Shown here: positions 10,023 to 18,910 of the stretch, in pieces
Position numbering within the stretch: position 1 is the first letter of the stretch
Layout: each line of letters opens with the position of its first letter
From: Arcobacteraceae bacterium
GTDB lineage: Bacteria > Campylobacterota > Campylobacteria > Campylobacterales > Arcobacteraceae
DNA: 28,863 nt
Assembly: GCA_048268245.1 (NCBI GenBank)
Contig: JBLWVX010000033.1
Coordinates: 1-28,863 of the forward strand
Direction: 5' to 3'
The notes under the pieces: model-generated
Told to the model about the DNA's origin: nothing
Seen by the model: only the letters and a program-made list of their open reading frames with translations
Database searches by the model: none
Made by a program: the position numbers and the translations under genes

Positions 10023-10808
10023 TTATTGAAGTTTAGCAATAGGTCCTAGTCCATTTTTTCTTGCTAAATTTAAAAGTCTTCCGTCTTTTTTAATATCAGA
10101 AATAAACTGCTCAACTCTTTCATAAAATTTATCATTACCATAAGCCATAGCCCAAGCATATGGTGTTTTATGATAAGTTGAATCAGGAGTAATTAACTTA
10201 GCCCAGTTTGTTTGAGCAATCATTCTTTTTCCATAAGGATAATCTGTCATGAAAACATCAGCACGTCCTGCTTTTACTTCTTGTTGTCTTGCCTTGAAAC
10301 TATTAACTACCAGTAAATCTGCATTTTTTAATTTCTTTTTCATTACAGGTTCATGGTAAGTACCTTTTGCTACTGCTACAACGATACCTTTTTTATCTAT
10401 ATCATTCCAAGAACTTACTCTTTTATTTGTTTTTGTAGTAACAGCATAAATATCACTAGACAAATGAGGAGTCGTAAATCTCATTTTAGCTCTTCTTGAT
10501 TCAGTATTACCAATTGCAAACATAGCAATATCACACTTATCATTTGTTACATCTTTTATTAATGTAGCAAATGAGCTTGGCACATATTTTAGTTTTACTT
10601 TTAAATCTTTAGCTAGTTCTTTAGCTAAGTCACTATCAATCCCAACTAATTTCTGAGTTCTTGTGTCTAAATATGAAATACCATAATACTCTGGCCAGAT
10701 ACAAACCCTAAGTTCATTACTTTTTTTAATAGTATCAAGCTTACTCTCTTGTGCAAATAGCCCAATTGAACAAAATAACAAAATACATAATCCTCTTTTT
10801 AAGCCCAC
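10023..10808 (-). CDS. Periplasmic solute-binding protein family 3 (amino-acid SBP / PheC-like)
   Basis: Signal peptide; 'LDTIKKSNELRV', 'GIDSDLAKELAKDLKVKLKYV', 'CDIAM', 'GRADVFMTD'. Confidence 0.85.
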   Translation of the reverse strand: MGLKRGLCILLFCSIGLFAQESKLDTIKKSNELRVCIWPEYYGISYLDTRTQKLVGIDSDLAKELAKDLKVKLKYVPSSFATLIKDVTNDKCDIAMFAIGNTESRRAKMRFTTPHLSSDIYAVTTKTNKRVSSWNDIDKKGIVVAVAKGTYHEPVMKKKLKNADLLVVNSFKARQQEVKAGRADVFMTDYPYGKRMIAQTNWAKLITPDSTYHKTPYAWAMAYGNDKFYERVEQFISDIKKDGRLLNLARKNGLGPIAKLQ

Positions 10809-10917
10809 TCTACAGTCCTATTTTTAAAGTACATTATTATACAGACTATAAAATTAATACTATGTAAATATTATGTGTTCATCATAATAAATAATTATTT
10901 TTTACAATAAATAACCA

Positions 10918-11658
10918 TTATTTTTCAATTTCCATAATCAGAAGTTTTATATTTTTCTTCTCCTGAATCTCAACTAACTTTAAACCTTCAATAGAACTTT
11001 CCATAAATTCTGATAAATTATTTATATTATTAACTGCTAAGTGCTTTAATAAAACACCTCTATAGTGTTTAGCCCAATGACTAACAACTTTTCCATCTTT
11101 TATAAATTTAAAAGTTAAAACATTTGCTTTTTTCACTTTATAAAACTTCTCATAATGCCCTGCTCTTAAATCAATAACTTCATCTTCAACATAATCATCT
11201 AAAGCATCTGTAAAGTTCTCTAAATAGAACTTTTCAACAGCTAAATCAGGTAATTTTGCACCTTGTTTATATTTGTAATCAGGTATTAAATCATTGGCTT
11301 TAATAGGACCAAAAAGGTTAGAAAATAAAACTACATTATTATCTATATAATTTTGAGCATTTTGCTCTAAACTATCATACTCTAATGCATCAAAAGCAAC
11401 ACCATTATATCTTTGAATCGCGTTCATTGTTGGTTTATCTTTTAAACTTTCTTTGTATCTTTGTACTTCATCAAGCTTTTTTAAACCAAACCATTTAGAT
11501 AACTCTTCAATTGATGAAGAATCAAGTAACTGTTCATACTTTTGAAAAACTTCATCTCTTTTTTCAAATAACTCTTCTAAGAAGAAGTTTTCTTTGCAAT
11601 AAGGCTTTTGTGTTCCACCTTGATTTTTTGTTTCTGCTGGGGCTAATAGAATTTTCAT
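10918..11658 (-). CDS. yaaA: YaaA (DUF328) family peroxide stress protein
   Basis: 'ILLAPAETK', 'AIQRYNGVAF', 'SNLFGPI', 'VVSHWAKHYRG'. Confidence 0.85.
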   Translation of the reverse strand: MKILLAPAETKNQGGTQKPYCKENFFLEELFEKRDEVFQKYEQLLDSSSIEELSKWFGLKKLDEVQRYKESLKDKPTMNAIQRYNGVAFDALEYDSLEQNAQNYIDNNVVLFSNLFGPIKANDLIPDYKYKQGAKLPDLAVEKFYLENFTDALDDYVEDEVIDLRAGHYEKFYKVKKANVLTFKFIKDGKVVSHWAKHYRGVLLKHLAVNNINNLSEFMESSIEGLKLVEIQEKKNIKLLIMEIEK

Positions 11659-12344
11659 TTATTCCCTTTATAAAATATTTTTTGAATTTTACCTAAAATC
11701 ACTTTTCTAAACCTAAATATTAAAAGTGCACTTACGAATAAAAAAAGTAACAACCAAACTATTTGAGCATTAAAAACTACAAGTAACTCTATGATTTCTT
11801 GAAGAAAAACTCCCCATAAAGCAATAGAGATAATAGTAGCAATAAATACCGTAAATATTATAGAATAATGCTTCATTCCTATTAAATAACCAATCATTGA
11901 ACCAACTATAGGTCCTGTCATCCAAAAAGGAATAAATACAAAAATAAAAAGACCAAATATTCCATATTTATCAAATTTATCTTTATGTTGAATCTTCTTT
12001 TTTTCAACTTCTAAAAAGAACTCCTCTAATGTCTTGACTTTTACAATTCCTTTTATACTTAATACAAACAAAGGATATAAAATAGTAACCATTATAAGTT
12101 CTGTATATATATTTGTAAATATTACCCAAAAGTGATTAAGTCCTGTAGCATAACCAAAGGATAAAGAAGGAACCCTTCCTACTAAAAAGTTTGTGAATAC
12201 CATTCCTGTAATTTTGTTAGCAAAAACTAAATCAACAAAATAAAGAACAATAATAAAAATACCTAAAGAGAAAATCAAAAAAAGACCTAAGATAAAAATA
12301 TTACCCTCTTTGCCTTTAAATAGTTTTTCCAAAAGTTGTTTCAT
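11655..12344 (-). CDS. Putative small multi-drug export family membrane protein
   Basis: Hydrophobic; 'KYGIFGLFIFVFIPFWMTGPIVGSMIGYLIG' motif. Confidence 0.75.
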   Translation of the reverse strand: MKQLLEKLFKGKEGNIFILGLFLIFSLGIFIIVLYFVDLVFANKITGMVFTNFLVGRVPSLSFGYATGLNHFWVIFTNIYTELIMVTILYPLFVLSIKGIVKVKTLEEFFLEVEKKKIQHKDKFDKYGIFGLFIFVFIPFWMTGPIVGSMIGYLIGMKHYSIIFTVFIATIISIALWGVFLQEIIELLVVFNAQIVWLLLFLFVSALLIFRFRKVILGKIQKIFYKGNK

Positions 12345-12754
12345 TAGCTTATTTCACCACTATGATATAACCACATACCATCTACTTTTTCAAATCTACT
12401 TTTTTCTATAAAAGAGGCATCTTGTGCATTTTGTTTTAACAAAGCATTAAAAGTTACAAAAGATACATCATCACCTTCAATAAAGTCTAAAATAAATAAA
12501 CCCATAAACTCACTATTTTGGGAAAACTCTTTTATTGAAGTTGCCCAAGTATTTGTGTCTTCTGTATATTCTATATTTTTATGATGTGTCGTTTTAATAA
12601 TATATTTAGCATCACCTACAACATAAGCACTATATCTTGATTTCATAAGTTCGAGAGCAGTTTTTGGTTTTGAGCCATTATGAAAGATTTTACAACATTT
12701 TTTATATTTTCTTGAAGAGCCACAAGGGCATAAACTATTTGCAGATATTTTCAA
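12344..12754 (-). CDS. ychJ: YchJ family SEC-C motif metal-binding protein
   Basis: 'CPCGSSRKYKKCC', 'TALELMKSRYSAY', 'EKSRFEKVDGMWLY'; TTG start. Confidence 0.9.
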   Translation of the reverse strand: MKISANSLCPCGSSRKYKKCCKIFHNGSKPKTALELMKSRYSAYVVGDAKYIIKTTHHKNIEYTEDTNTWATSIKEFSQNSEFMGLFILDFIEGDDVSFVTFNALLKQNAQDASFIEKSRFEKVDGMWLYHSGEIS

Positions 12755-12803
12755 AGCAAACCTTTTAATATTTTATAATTAAAAGATTTTAACATAAGCT
12801 AAC

Positions 12804-12823
12804 TTAGTGGGATTTCCCACTAA
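12804..12823 (-). terminator. Hairpin terminator after the comEA-like gene
   Basis: TTAGTGGG-ATTT-CCCACTAA, an 8-bp stem directly after the stop codon. Confidence 0.65.
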
Positions 12824-12824
12824 A

Positions 12825-13247
12825 TTAGTTTTTGTTTACTTGTTTTTTAGTTTGATTATCTTTTTTTTGAGTTTTCTGTGTTTTTTGTTTTTTCTCTTTT
12901 TGATTTTTAAAATCTTTTTTTGAAGAAGCAGTTTTTTTAGCATTGTTCATCTTTGCTTTACTTTTTTCTTCCATCTTAGTTTTGTTTGCTTTTTGATTTT
13001 GCTTAACTTTTGAAACTTTTTTATTTCCTTTTACATTAGAAATAATTCCTGGGCCAAAGCCTTTGATGTTTTTAAGATCATCTGCACTTTTAATCTTATT
13101 TATTTTTCTATAATTAATGATTTGGTCAGCTTTTTTAGGACCAATCCCTTTTATAGACATCAACTCTTGCTTACTTGCTGTTTGCAAATTTAAAGCAGCG
13201 AATAAAAATGATGTACTTAACATCAGTAATACAAATAACTTTTTCAT
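12825..13247 (-). CDS. comEA: ComEA-family helix-hairpin-helix DNA-binding protein with a Lys/Gln-rich tail
   Basis: Signal peptide; 'LNLQTASKQELMSIKGIGPKKADQIINYR...DDLKNIKGFG' HhH repeats. Confidence 0.85.
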   Translation of the reverse strand: MKKLFVLLMLSTSFLFAALNLQTASKQELMSIKGIGPKKADQIINYRKINKIKSADDLKNIKGFGPGIISNVKGNKKVSKVKQNQKANKTKMEEKSKAKMNNAKKTASSKKDFKNQKEKKQKTQKTQKKDNQTKKQVNKN

Positions 13248-13391
13248 GTTAATCCTTTTTTAAATAATTTATAAAATTATAACATAGTTTCAATAAATAT
13301 TATTTTAAATTATTTATTTTTTCATCTTCATATATGTTAATAAGCTTTTTTTTGTATAATAATCCAATAATTTTATAGGATAAGGAAGCAC

Positions 13392-13817
13392 ATGCCCTCA
13401 CAATTTCCATTAGAACTAGTATCAAACTTTTTATCTATTATCTTACTTGTAGTTTTATTTTATAAATATCTACAATATAAGAAAAAACTAGATGTAATAA
13501 AAGGTTTAGACAAACTAAAAGATGAGAAAAAAGTAACAAGAGAAGATTATGAATTCATAAGGAATAATGAAAGAGAATACAGAGATAAATTAGCGAAAAC
13601 AGAAGCAAATATCAAAATAGCACAACCTGTTTTTATCATCATTGCAGGTATCTTAATTCTTTCATTTGAATTTCAAGAAGCAATGATTCATTTAAATGTA
13701 GTTGTTGTTGCATTTATTTTTATGCAAGTTGATAAAATTCATAAAAGAAATATGTACTCTTTTCTAAATGAACTTAGAAAAGGAACAAAAGATCAAATAG
13801 AGCCACAAGAAGATTAG
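13392..13817 (+). CDS. Hypothetical membrane protein
   Basis: 141 aa, AAGGA RBS, 2-3 hydrophobic segments; no family recognised. Confidence 0.75.
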   Translation: MPSQFPLELVSNFLSIILLVVLFYKYLQYKKKLDVIKGLDKLKDEKKVTREDYEFIRNNEREYRDKLAKTEANIKIAQPVFIIIAGILILSFEFQEAMIHLNVVVVAFIFMQVDKIHKRNMYSFLNELRKGTKDQIEPQED

Positions 13818-13820
13818 GCT

Positions 13821-14468
13821 CTATTTTGAAATAAACTCAGATAAACCATCGTAATCTAAGATTTTTATATATCCCTTTTCATTTTGAATTATTCCATCTT
13901 TTTTTAGCTTTGATATTTTTCTTGAAAATGTTTCAGGAGTTATATTTAATAGCTGAGCAATTTTAACTTGCTTTAAATTTTTTAATAAAGCTTCATTATC
14001 AAGTAAAAACTTCGCGATTTTCTCAATACTATTTGAACTTATATTATAAGAAATAAAACTCTCTAAGGCTTTTATCTTTTTAGTCAAAGATTTAATAAAA
14101 AACATTGAAATCTCAGGTTTTAATAAAAACTCTTCTTTAAATTTTTCATAATCTATTAATAAAACCTCTGCCTTAGTTTCAAAAGCACAGTTTGCAGGAA
14201 AGCCTATCTCTTCATAGTTAGCAATTTCTGCAATTAGTGAAGGAGGCATTAGATTATGAATTATAACCTCATTGTCTTTATGGTCATGTGTATATAGTTT
14301 TACTATTCCACTTAAAAGCACATGTAGATATCTTGGTTTATCACCTTTATAAAAAAGTATTTCATCTTTATTAAAAGATTTTTTAATAGAAATCTCTTTT
14401 AAACCTTCAAGCTCTTTTTCTTTTAAGAAGTTAAAAAGATAAAAATCTTCAAACTCATTTTTATGCAT
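13821..14468 (-). CDS. Crp/Fnr family transcriptional regulator (NssR/Dnr-like, no N-terminal Fe-S Cys cluster)
   Basis: cNMP-binding domain 'ILFYKGD...LLSGIVKLY'; HTH 'QVKIAQLLNITPETFSR'. Likely start is ATG 14468, preceded by an AAGAG RBS. Confidence 0.88.
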   Translation of the reverse strand: MHKNEFEDFYLFNFLKEKELEGLKEISIKKSFNKDEILFYKGDKPRYLHVLLSGIVKLYTHDHKDNEVIIHNLMPPSLIAEIANYEEIGFPANCAFETKAEVLLIDYEKFKEEFLLKPEISMFFIKSLTKKIKALESFISYNISSNSIEKIAKFLLDNEALLKNLKQVKIAQLLNITPETFSRKISKLKKDGIIQNEKGYIKILDYDGLSEFISK

Positions 14469-14482
14469 ATTATCTCTTTTTA

Positions 14483-14496
14483 TTGACATTTATCAA
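14483..14496. promoter_or_regulatory. FNR/Dnr-type binding site
   Basis: TTGAC-ATTT-ATCAA, a 9/10 match to TTGAT-N4-ATCAA, between the divergent Crp/Fnr and ygbA-like genes; TATAAT at 14516-14521. Confidence 0.7.
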
Positions 14497-14582
14497 TGAA
14501 TATTTTTAAATTTTATATAATAATTATATCAGGTTCTTTAAATAAGACAAATTTTACCCTAATTAAATTAAAGAGACATTTT

Positions 14583-14933
14583 ATGAAAATAGAAAAATTT
14601 AATACTGAAATTACGACATTAACTAATTTTTTTAAGACTTACTGTCTAGACAACCATGAAAAGCAAGAAAAAAGAAACCTTATTTTAATGTATAATGAAA
14701 AAGCTTTTGATCTAGAACTTTCATTATGTTCTCAATGTTATATGGATATAAAATACTGTTTTGATAGACTAAGGCAGTGTCCTCATGAAGAAAAACCAAA
14801 ATGTAGAAAGTGTTCTAACCCCTGTTATGAAAAAACTCAGTGGAAGAAAACTGCGAAAGTTATGAGATATAGCGCTGTAAAACTAAAACTCGTTGAAGTA
14901 AAAAAAAGAGTAAAAGGCTTTTTTACCAAGTAA
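14583..14933 (+). CDS. YgbA-like 'nitrous oxide-stimulated promoter' family Cys-rich protein
   Basis: 'YC...H...LCSQC...RLRQCPHEEKPKCRKCSNPCY...VMRYS' pattern; start taken at ATG 14583 after an AAGAG RBS. Confidence 0.82.
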   Translation: MKIEKFNTEITTLTNFFKTYCLDNHEKQEKRNLILMYNEKAFDLELSLCSQCYMDIKYCFDRLRQCPHEEKPKCRKCSNPCYEKTQWKKTAKVMRYSAVKLKLVEVKKRVKGFFTK

Positions 14934-15570
14934 TCTCTTTTTTTCCTAAGTTTTTTAGTATTTCATTTGTTTTTGAGAAATGTTTACAACCAAAAAAACC
15001 TCTATAAGCAGATAAAGGACTTGGATGAACCCCTTTTAATATATGATGTTTTGAAATATCTATAATTTTTTCTTTTTTTATAGCACTACTTCCCCATAGA
15101 ATAAAAACTATATCTTTACAATTAGCACTTATAAATTTGATTAGATTATCTGTAAAGATTTCCCATCCCATTTTATGATGTGATTTTGCTTTTGATTCCT
15201 CTACTGTTAAAATTGTATTAATTAATAAAACACCATCTTTTGCCCATGAAGTTAAATCTCCATGTTCACAAGTTGAAATTTGACCTAAATCTTCTTGTAT
15301 CTCTTTTAACATATTTCTCATAGATGGAGGGTTTTTAATCTCAACTGGTGTTGAAAAAGCTAAACCTTGTGCTTGCTCTGCTCCATGATAAGGGTCTTGT
15401 CCTAAAAGTACAACTTTTGTATTTTCTAAAGGTGTTAAAGTAAAAGCATTAAAGATTTTATCTTTTGGAGGGAAAACTGTAGTTGTTTCATAAGCTTTAT
15501 TTACTTGGTTCATCAAGTTTTTATAGTAATCTTTTTTTTCTTCTTCTTTAAAAAAATCATCCCACGTCAT
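14923..15570 (-). CDS. ung: Uracil-DNA glycosylase (family 1)
   Basis: 'GQDPYH', 'QAQGLAFS', 'GVLLIN', 'HPSPLSAYRGFFG'. Confidence 0.96.
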   Translation of the reverse strand: MTWDDFFKEEEKKDYYKNLMNQVNKAYETTTVFPPKDKIFNAFTLTPLENTKVVLLGQDPYHGAEQAQGLAFSTPVEIKNPPSMRNMLKEIQEDLGQISTCEHGDLTSWAKDGVLLINTILTVEESKAKSHHKMGWEIFTDNLIKFISANCKDIVFILWGSSAIKKEKIIDISKHHILKGVHPSPLSAYRGFFGCKHFSKTNEILKNLGKKEITW

Positions 15571-15593
15571 ATATATTCCTATAAATAATCTAA

Positions 15594-15622
15594 TTAAACT
15601 AAGAGTTAAACTCTTAGTTTAA
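15594..15622 (-). terminator. Terminator of the ThDP-enzyme/ALDH operon
   Basis: TTAAACTAAGAGT-TAA-ACTCTTAGTTTAA, a perfect 13-bp stem just downstream of the ALDH stop. Confidence 0.72.
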
Positions 15623-15635
15623 AGTATTTCGTATC

Positions 15636-17027
15636 TTATAATACAGGAGATTTAATTACCATTAATTTTTCGTTACTCATCTCTTCCATTGAGTTTAAAA
15701 TACCTCCAAGACCAAGTCCTGAAGCTTTTGCACCTCCAAATGGCATCCAGTCAACTCTAAATGCAGTATGGTCATTTACCATCACAGCAGTCCCATTTAA
15801 TCTTTTTACAGCTTTAAGTGCTGTATCAATATTTTTTGTAAATACTGCTGCTTGGAAAGAAACTTCTAAAGCATTTGCTCTATCAAAAGCCTCTTCAATA
15901 TCACTATAAGAGTAAATACAAACAACAGGTCCAAATACCTCTTTTGTAGATACTAAAGCATCATCAGCAGGATTTAAAATAACTGTTGGCTCATAACAAG
16001 AATCTGAGATTCTTGAACCACCCGTTAAAATCTTTCCACCTTTTAGTACAGCCTCTTCAACCCAAGACTCTACTCTATCAACTTCAGCATTATTAATTAA
16101 AGGACCCACTTCTGTTTTTTCATCTAATTGGTTACCAACTACAAGTTTTGAAGCGTAATCACTTAGCTTACTTGCTACCTCATCAACTATATCTTCATGT
16201 ACATATACTCTTTGAACAGATACACAAACCTGCCCTGCGTGATAAAAGCCACCCTTACCAATAGAAGGAATTAAATCTTCAATATCAGCATCTTTTTCAA
16301 CTATTACAGGTGCAACTCCACCATGTTCAAGTGCTACTCTTGTACCTTTTGCTACTTTTGAATTTAGGTACCAACCAACATCTCCTGAACCTATAAATGT
16401 TAAGAAATTTACTTTTGGAGAAGTAGCTAATAATTCACCTGCATTTCTATCACAAACAACTGCTTGTGCCCATCCCTTAGGAAGCCCCGCTTCTTCTAAT
16501 ATCTCAACTAATCTAATAGCTGACATTGGAGTTTGTGTAGCTGGTTTTATGATAACTGGACAACCAACAGCAAGTGCTGGAACTACTTGATGCACTGCTA
16601 AATTAAAAGGATGATTAAAAGCGGAAATTGCAGCAACCACTCCAATTGGTTCTTTAAAAGTATAAGCCATTCTATTTACACTACTTGCTGTATGACCCAT
16701 AGCTATTTCTTTACCTTCATGTGCACCTAGATGCTCAATAGCAAGCTTAACACCATTTATAGCTCTGTGAACTTCTACTTGTGAATCAATCCAAGGCTTA
16801 CCACCTTCACTAGCACAAAGTTTAGTTAGTTCATCAACTTGTGAACTCATAATCTTCATTGCTTTTTCTAAAATCTCTATTCTTTTAAACTTAGGCAAGG
16901 CATTTTCATGATCCAAAAATGTTGCTTGTGCTAAATCAATAGCCTCTTGAACTTCTTGCGTTGTAGAAAAAGGGACTTCTCCTACCTTACTTCCATCAAA
17001 TGGTGATGTTACTTCAATTTTACTCAT
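15636..17027 (-). CDS. NAD(P)-dependent aldehyde dehydrogenase
   Basis: 'ISAFNHP', 'IKPA', 'FIGS', catalytic Glu in 'LEHGG', Cys in 'GQVCVS', 'EVFGP'; start ATG 17027 after AAGGAG. Confidence 0.93.
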   Translation of the reverse strand: MSKIEVTSPFDGSKVGEVPFSTTQEVQEAIDLAQATFLDHENALPKFKRIEILEKAMKIMSSQVDELTKLCASEGGKPWIDSQVEVHRAINGVKLAIEHLGAHEGKEIAMGHTASSVNRMAYTFKEPIGVVAAISAFNHPFNLAVHQVVPALAVGCPVIIKPATQTPMSAIRLVEILEEAGLPKGWAQAVVCDRNAGELLATSPKVNFLTFIGSGDVGWYLNSKVAKGTRVALEHGGVAPVIVEKDADIEDLIPSIGKGGFYHAGQVCVSVQRVYVHEDIVDEVASKLSDYASKLVVGNQLDEKTEVGPLINNAEVDRVESWVEEAVLKGGKILTGGSRISDSCYEPTVILNPADDALVSTKEVFGPVVCIYSYSDIEEAFDRANALEVSFQAAVFTKNIDTALKAVKRLNGTAVMVNDHTAFRVDWMPFGGAKASGLGLGGILNSMEEMSNEKLMVIKSPVL

Positions 17028-17041
17028 GCTTTCTCCTTTAT

Positions 17042-18688
17042 TTATATTAAACACTCTTTTTTTGCTAATAGTTCATTTAGAATTGTATGATTTAATGAAT
17101 AATCAATTGCTAAATCTATTAAATGAACACCTTTACTATTTACACACTCTTCAAGTGTTTTTTCAAACTCTTCACAAGAACTTGGTCTATGACCTATTGC
17201 TCCATATGATTTAGCATACTGAACAAAATCAGGATTATCTAAATCAAGTCCATATGTATCAAAGCCCATTCCTGTTTGTTTCCACTTAATCATTCCATAT
17301 GCATTGTCATTTAAAATAATTACTGTTAAATCAAGTTTTAATCTAACAGCCGTTTCTAATTCTTGTGAATTCATCATAAATCCACCATCTCCACAAACTG
17401 CTACTACTTTTTTATCTGGATTAACCATTTTTGCAGCCATCGCTGATGGAAGTCCCGCTCCCATAGTTGCAAGTGCATTATCAAGCAGAAGTGTATTTGG
17501 GTATGAACACCTATAGTTTCTTGCAAACCAGATTTTATAAACTCCATTGTCTAAAGTAACAATATCTTCATAATCTAAAGTTTGCCTAATAACTCTTACA
17601 ACTCTTTGTGGAAGTGCAGGGAATCTATTATCACCAAAATATTTATTTAAATGAGTTTTTATCTCTTTTACCATTCTTTTATAGTAATCAAAATCCCAAT
17701 GGTCTTGAACAGAAATAGCTGTATTTAAAGACTCTATACTACTAGCTATATCACCTAATACATCAAGTTGAGGGAAATATGTATCATCTACATCTGATGG
17801 GAAAAAGTTCACATGAATTACTTTTGTAGCATCTTCACTATTATCCATAAAAAATGGTGGTTTCTCAATTACATCATGTCCTACATTTATGATTAAATCA
17901 GCTCTTTCAATAGCACAATGAATAAAATCATCTTGTGATAGTGCTGCTGTACTTAAACATAGTTTATGATTTTCATCAATTACACCTTTTCCCATTTGAG
18001 TTGAGAAGAAAGGAATCCCTGTTTCATTTACAAAATTTGTAAGGGCATTTCCAATTCTATTTCTATTTGCTCCTGCACCTATTAAAAGAAGTGGTCTTTT
18101 TGCTTTTTCAATCATCCTTACTGCATCTAAAATTACATCTTTGTTTGCATGTGGATATTTTAAATCCCTTACTGGATAAATATTATATTCAACCTCTTCT
18201 TCTGCGATATCTTCTGGTAACTCAATAAGTGCAGCTCCTGGTCTTTCAGTTGTTGCTACTTTAAAGGCTTCTCTTACCATAGATGGAATATTGTTTCCAT
18301 TTACTACTTGTTTTGAATACTTAGTCATAGGTTTCATCATATTTACAATATCTATGATTTGAAATCTACCTTGTTTTGATTTTTTAATAGGCTTTTGCCC
18401 TGTAATCATAAGTATTGGCATACCGCCAAGTTGTGCATAAGCTGCACTTGTTGCAAAATTAGTTGCTCCTGGGCCTAAAGTGGATAAACAAACTCCAACT
18501 TTTCCAGTAAGTCTTCCATAAGTTGCAGCCATAAATCCTGCTGCTTGTTCATGTCTTGTTAGTATAAGTTTAATTTTGGATTGTCTTAATGACTCTAATA
18601 AATCTAAATTCTCTTCACCTGGTATTCCAAAAATATACTCAACACCTTCATTTTCTAAAGCTTTTACAAATAAATCTGATGCTTTCAT
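17042..18688 (-). CDS. ThDP-dependent enzyme, acetolactate synthase large-subunit-like (catabolic / 2-oxoacid decarboxylase-like subfamily)
   Basis: 'GVEYIFGIPGEEN', 'RHEQAAGFMA', 'GPGATN', ThDP motif 'GDGGFMM...NDNAYGMI'; no ilvH small subunit adjacent. Confidence 0.9.
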   Translation of the reverse strand: MKASDLFVKALENEGVEYIFGIPGEENLDLLESLRQSKIKLILTRHEQAAGFMAATYGRLTGKVGVCLSTLGPGATNFATSAAYAQLGGMPILMITGQKPIKKSKQGRFQIIDIVNMMKPMTKYSKQVVNGNNIPSMVREAFKVATTERPGAALIELPEDIAEEEVEYNIYPVRDLKYPHANKDVILDAVRMIEKAKRPLLLIGAGANRNRIGNALTNFVNETGIPFFSTQMGKGVIDENHKLCLSTAALSQDDFIHCAIERADLIINVGHDVIEKPPFFMDNSEDATKVIHVNFFPSDVDDTYFPQLDVLGDIASSIESLNTAISVQDHWDFDYYKRMVKEIKTHLNKYFGDNRFPALPQRVVRVIRQTLDYEDIVTLDNGVYKIWFARNYRCSYPNTLLLDNALATMGAGLPSAMAAKMVNPDKKVVAVCGDGGFMMNSQELETAVRLKLDLTVIILNDNAYGMIKWKQTGMGFDTYGLDLDNPDFVQYAKSYGAIGHRPSSCEEFEKTLEECVNSKGVHLIDLAIDYSLNHTILNELLAKKECLI

Positions 18689-18715
18689 AGTATTATCACC
18701 TTGTTTATATTTTAT

Positions 18716-18736
18716 TATTGATAATCATATTCAATA
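18716..18736. promoter_or_regulatory. Candidate Fur-family box upstream of the ThDP-enzyme/ALDH operon
   Basis: TATTGATAATCATATTCAATA. The core TGATAAT-C-ATATTCA matches 12/14 of the 7-1-7 TGATAAT-N-ATTATCA, with inverted outer arms TATTGA/TCAATA. It lies about 30 nt upstream of ATG 18688. Confidence 0.45.
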
Positions 18737-18910
18737 TCTATTAAACCTTTTCTTAATAATCCCCTAACTATTAAAAAAAGTACCAAAAGTGTTTCAACTG
18801 TTAATCTATTTGCTCTCCCATAAATAATATTATAGCACCTTTTTTAAATATTTATACAAAGTTAAATATATTTAATATAGTATTTATATACTATTTAAAA
18901 AAGGATCAAT

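Noticed and set aside
17042..18688. Gene symbol ilvB/ilvI
   Set aside because: No regulatory subunit or branched-chain amino acid context; the ALDH partner points to a different role.
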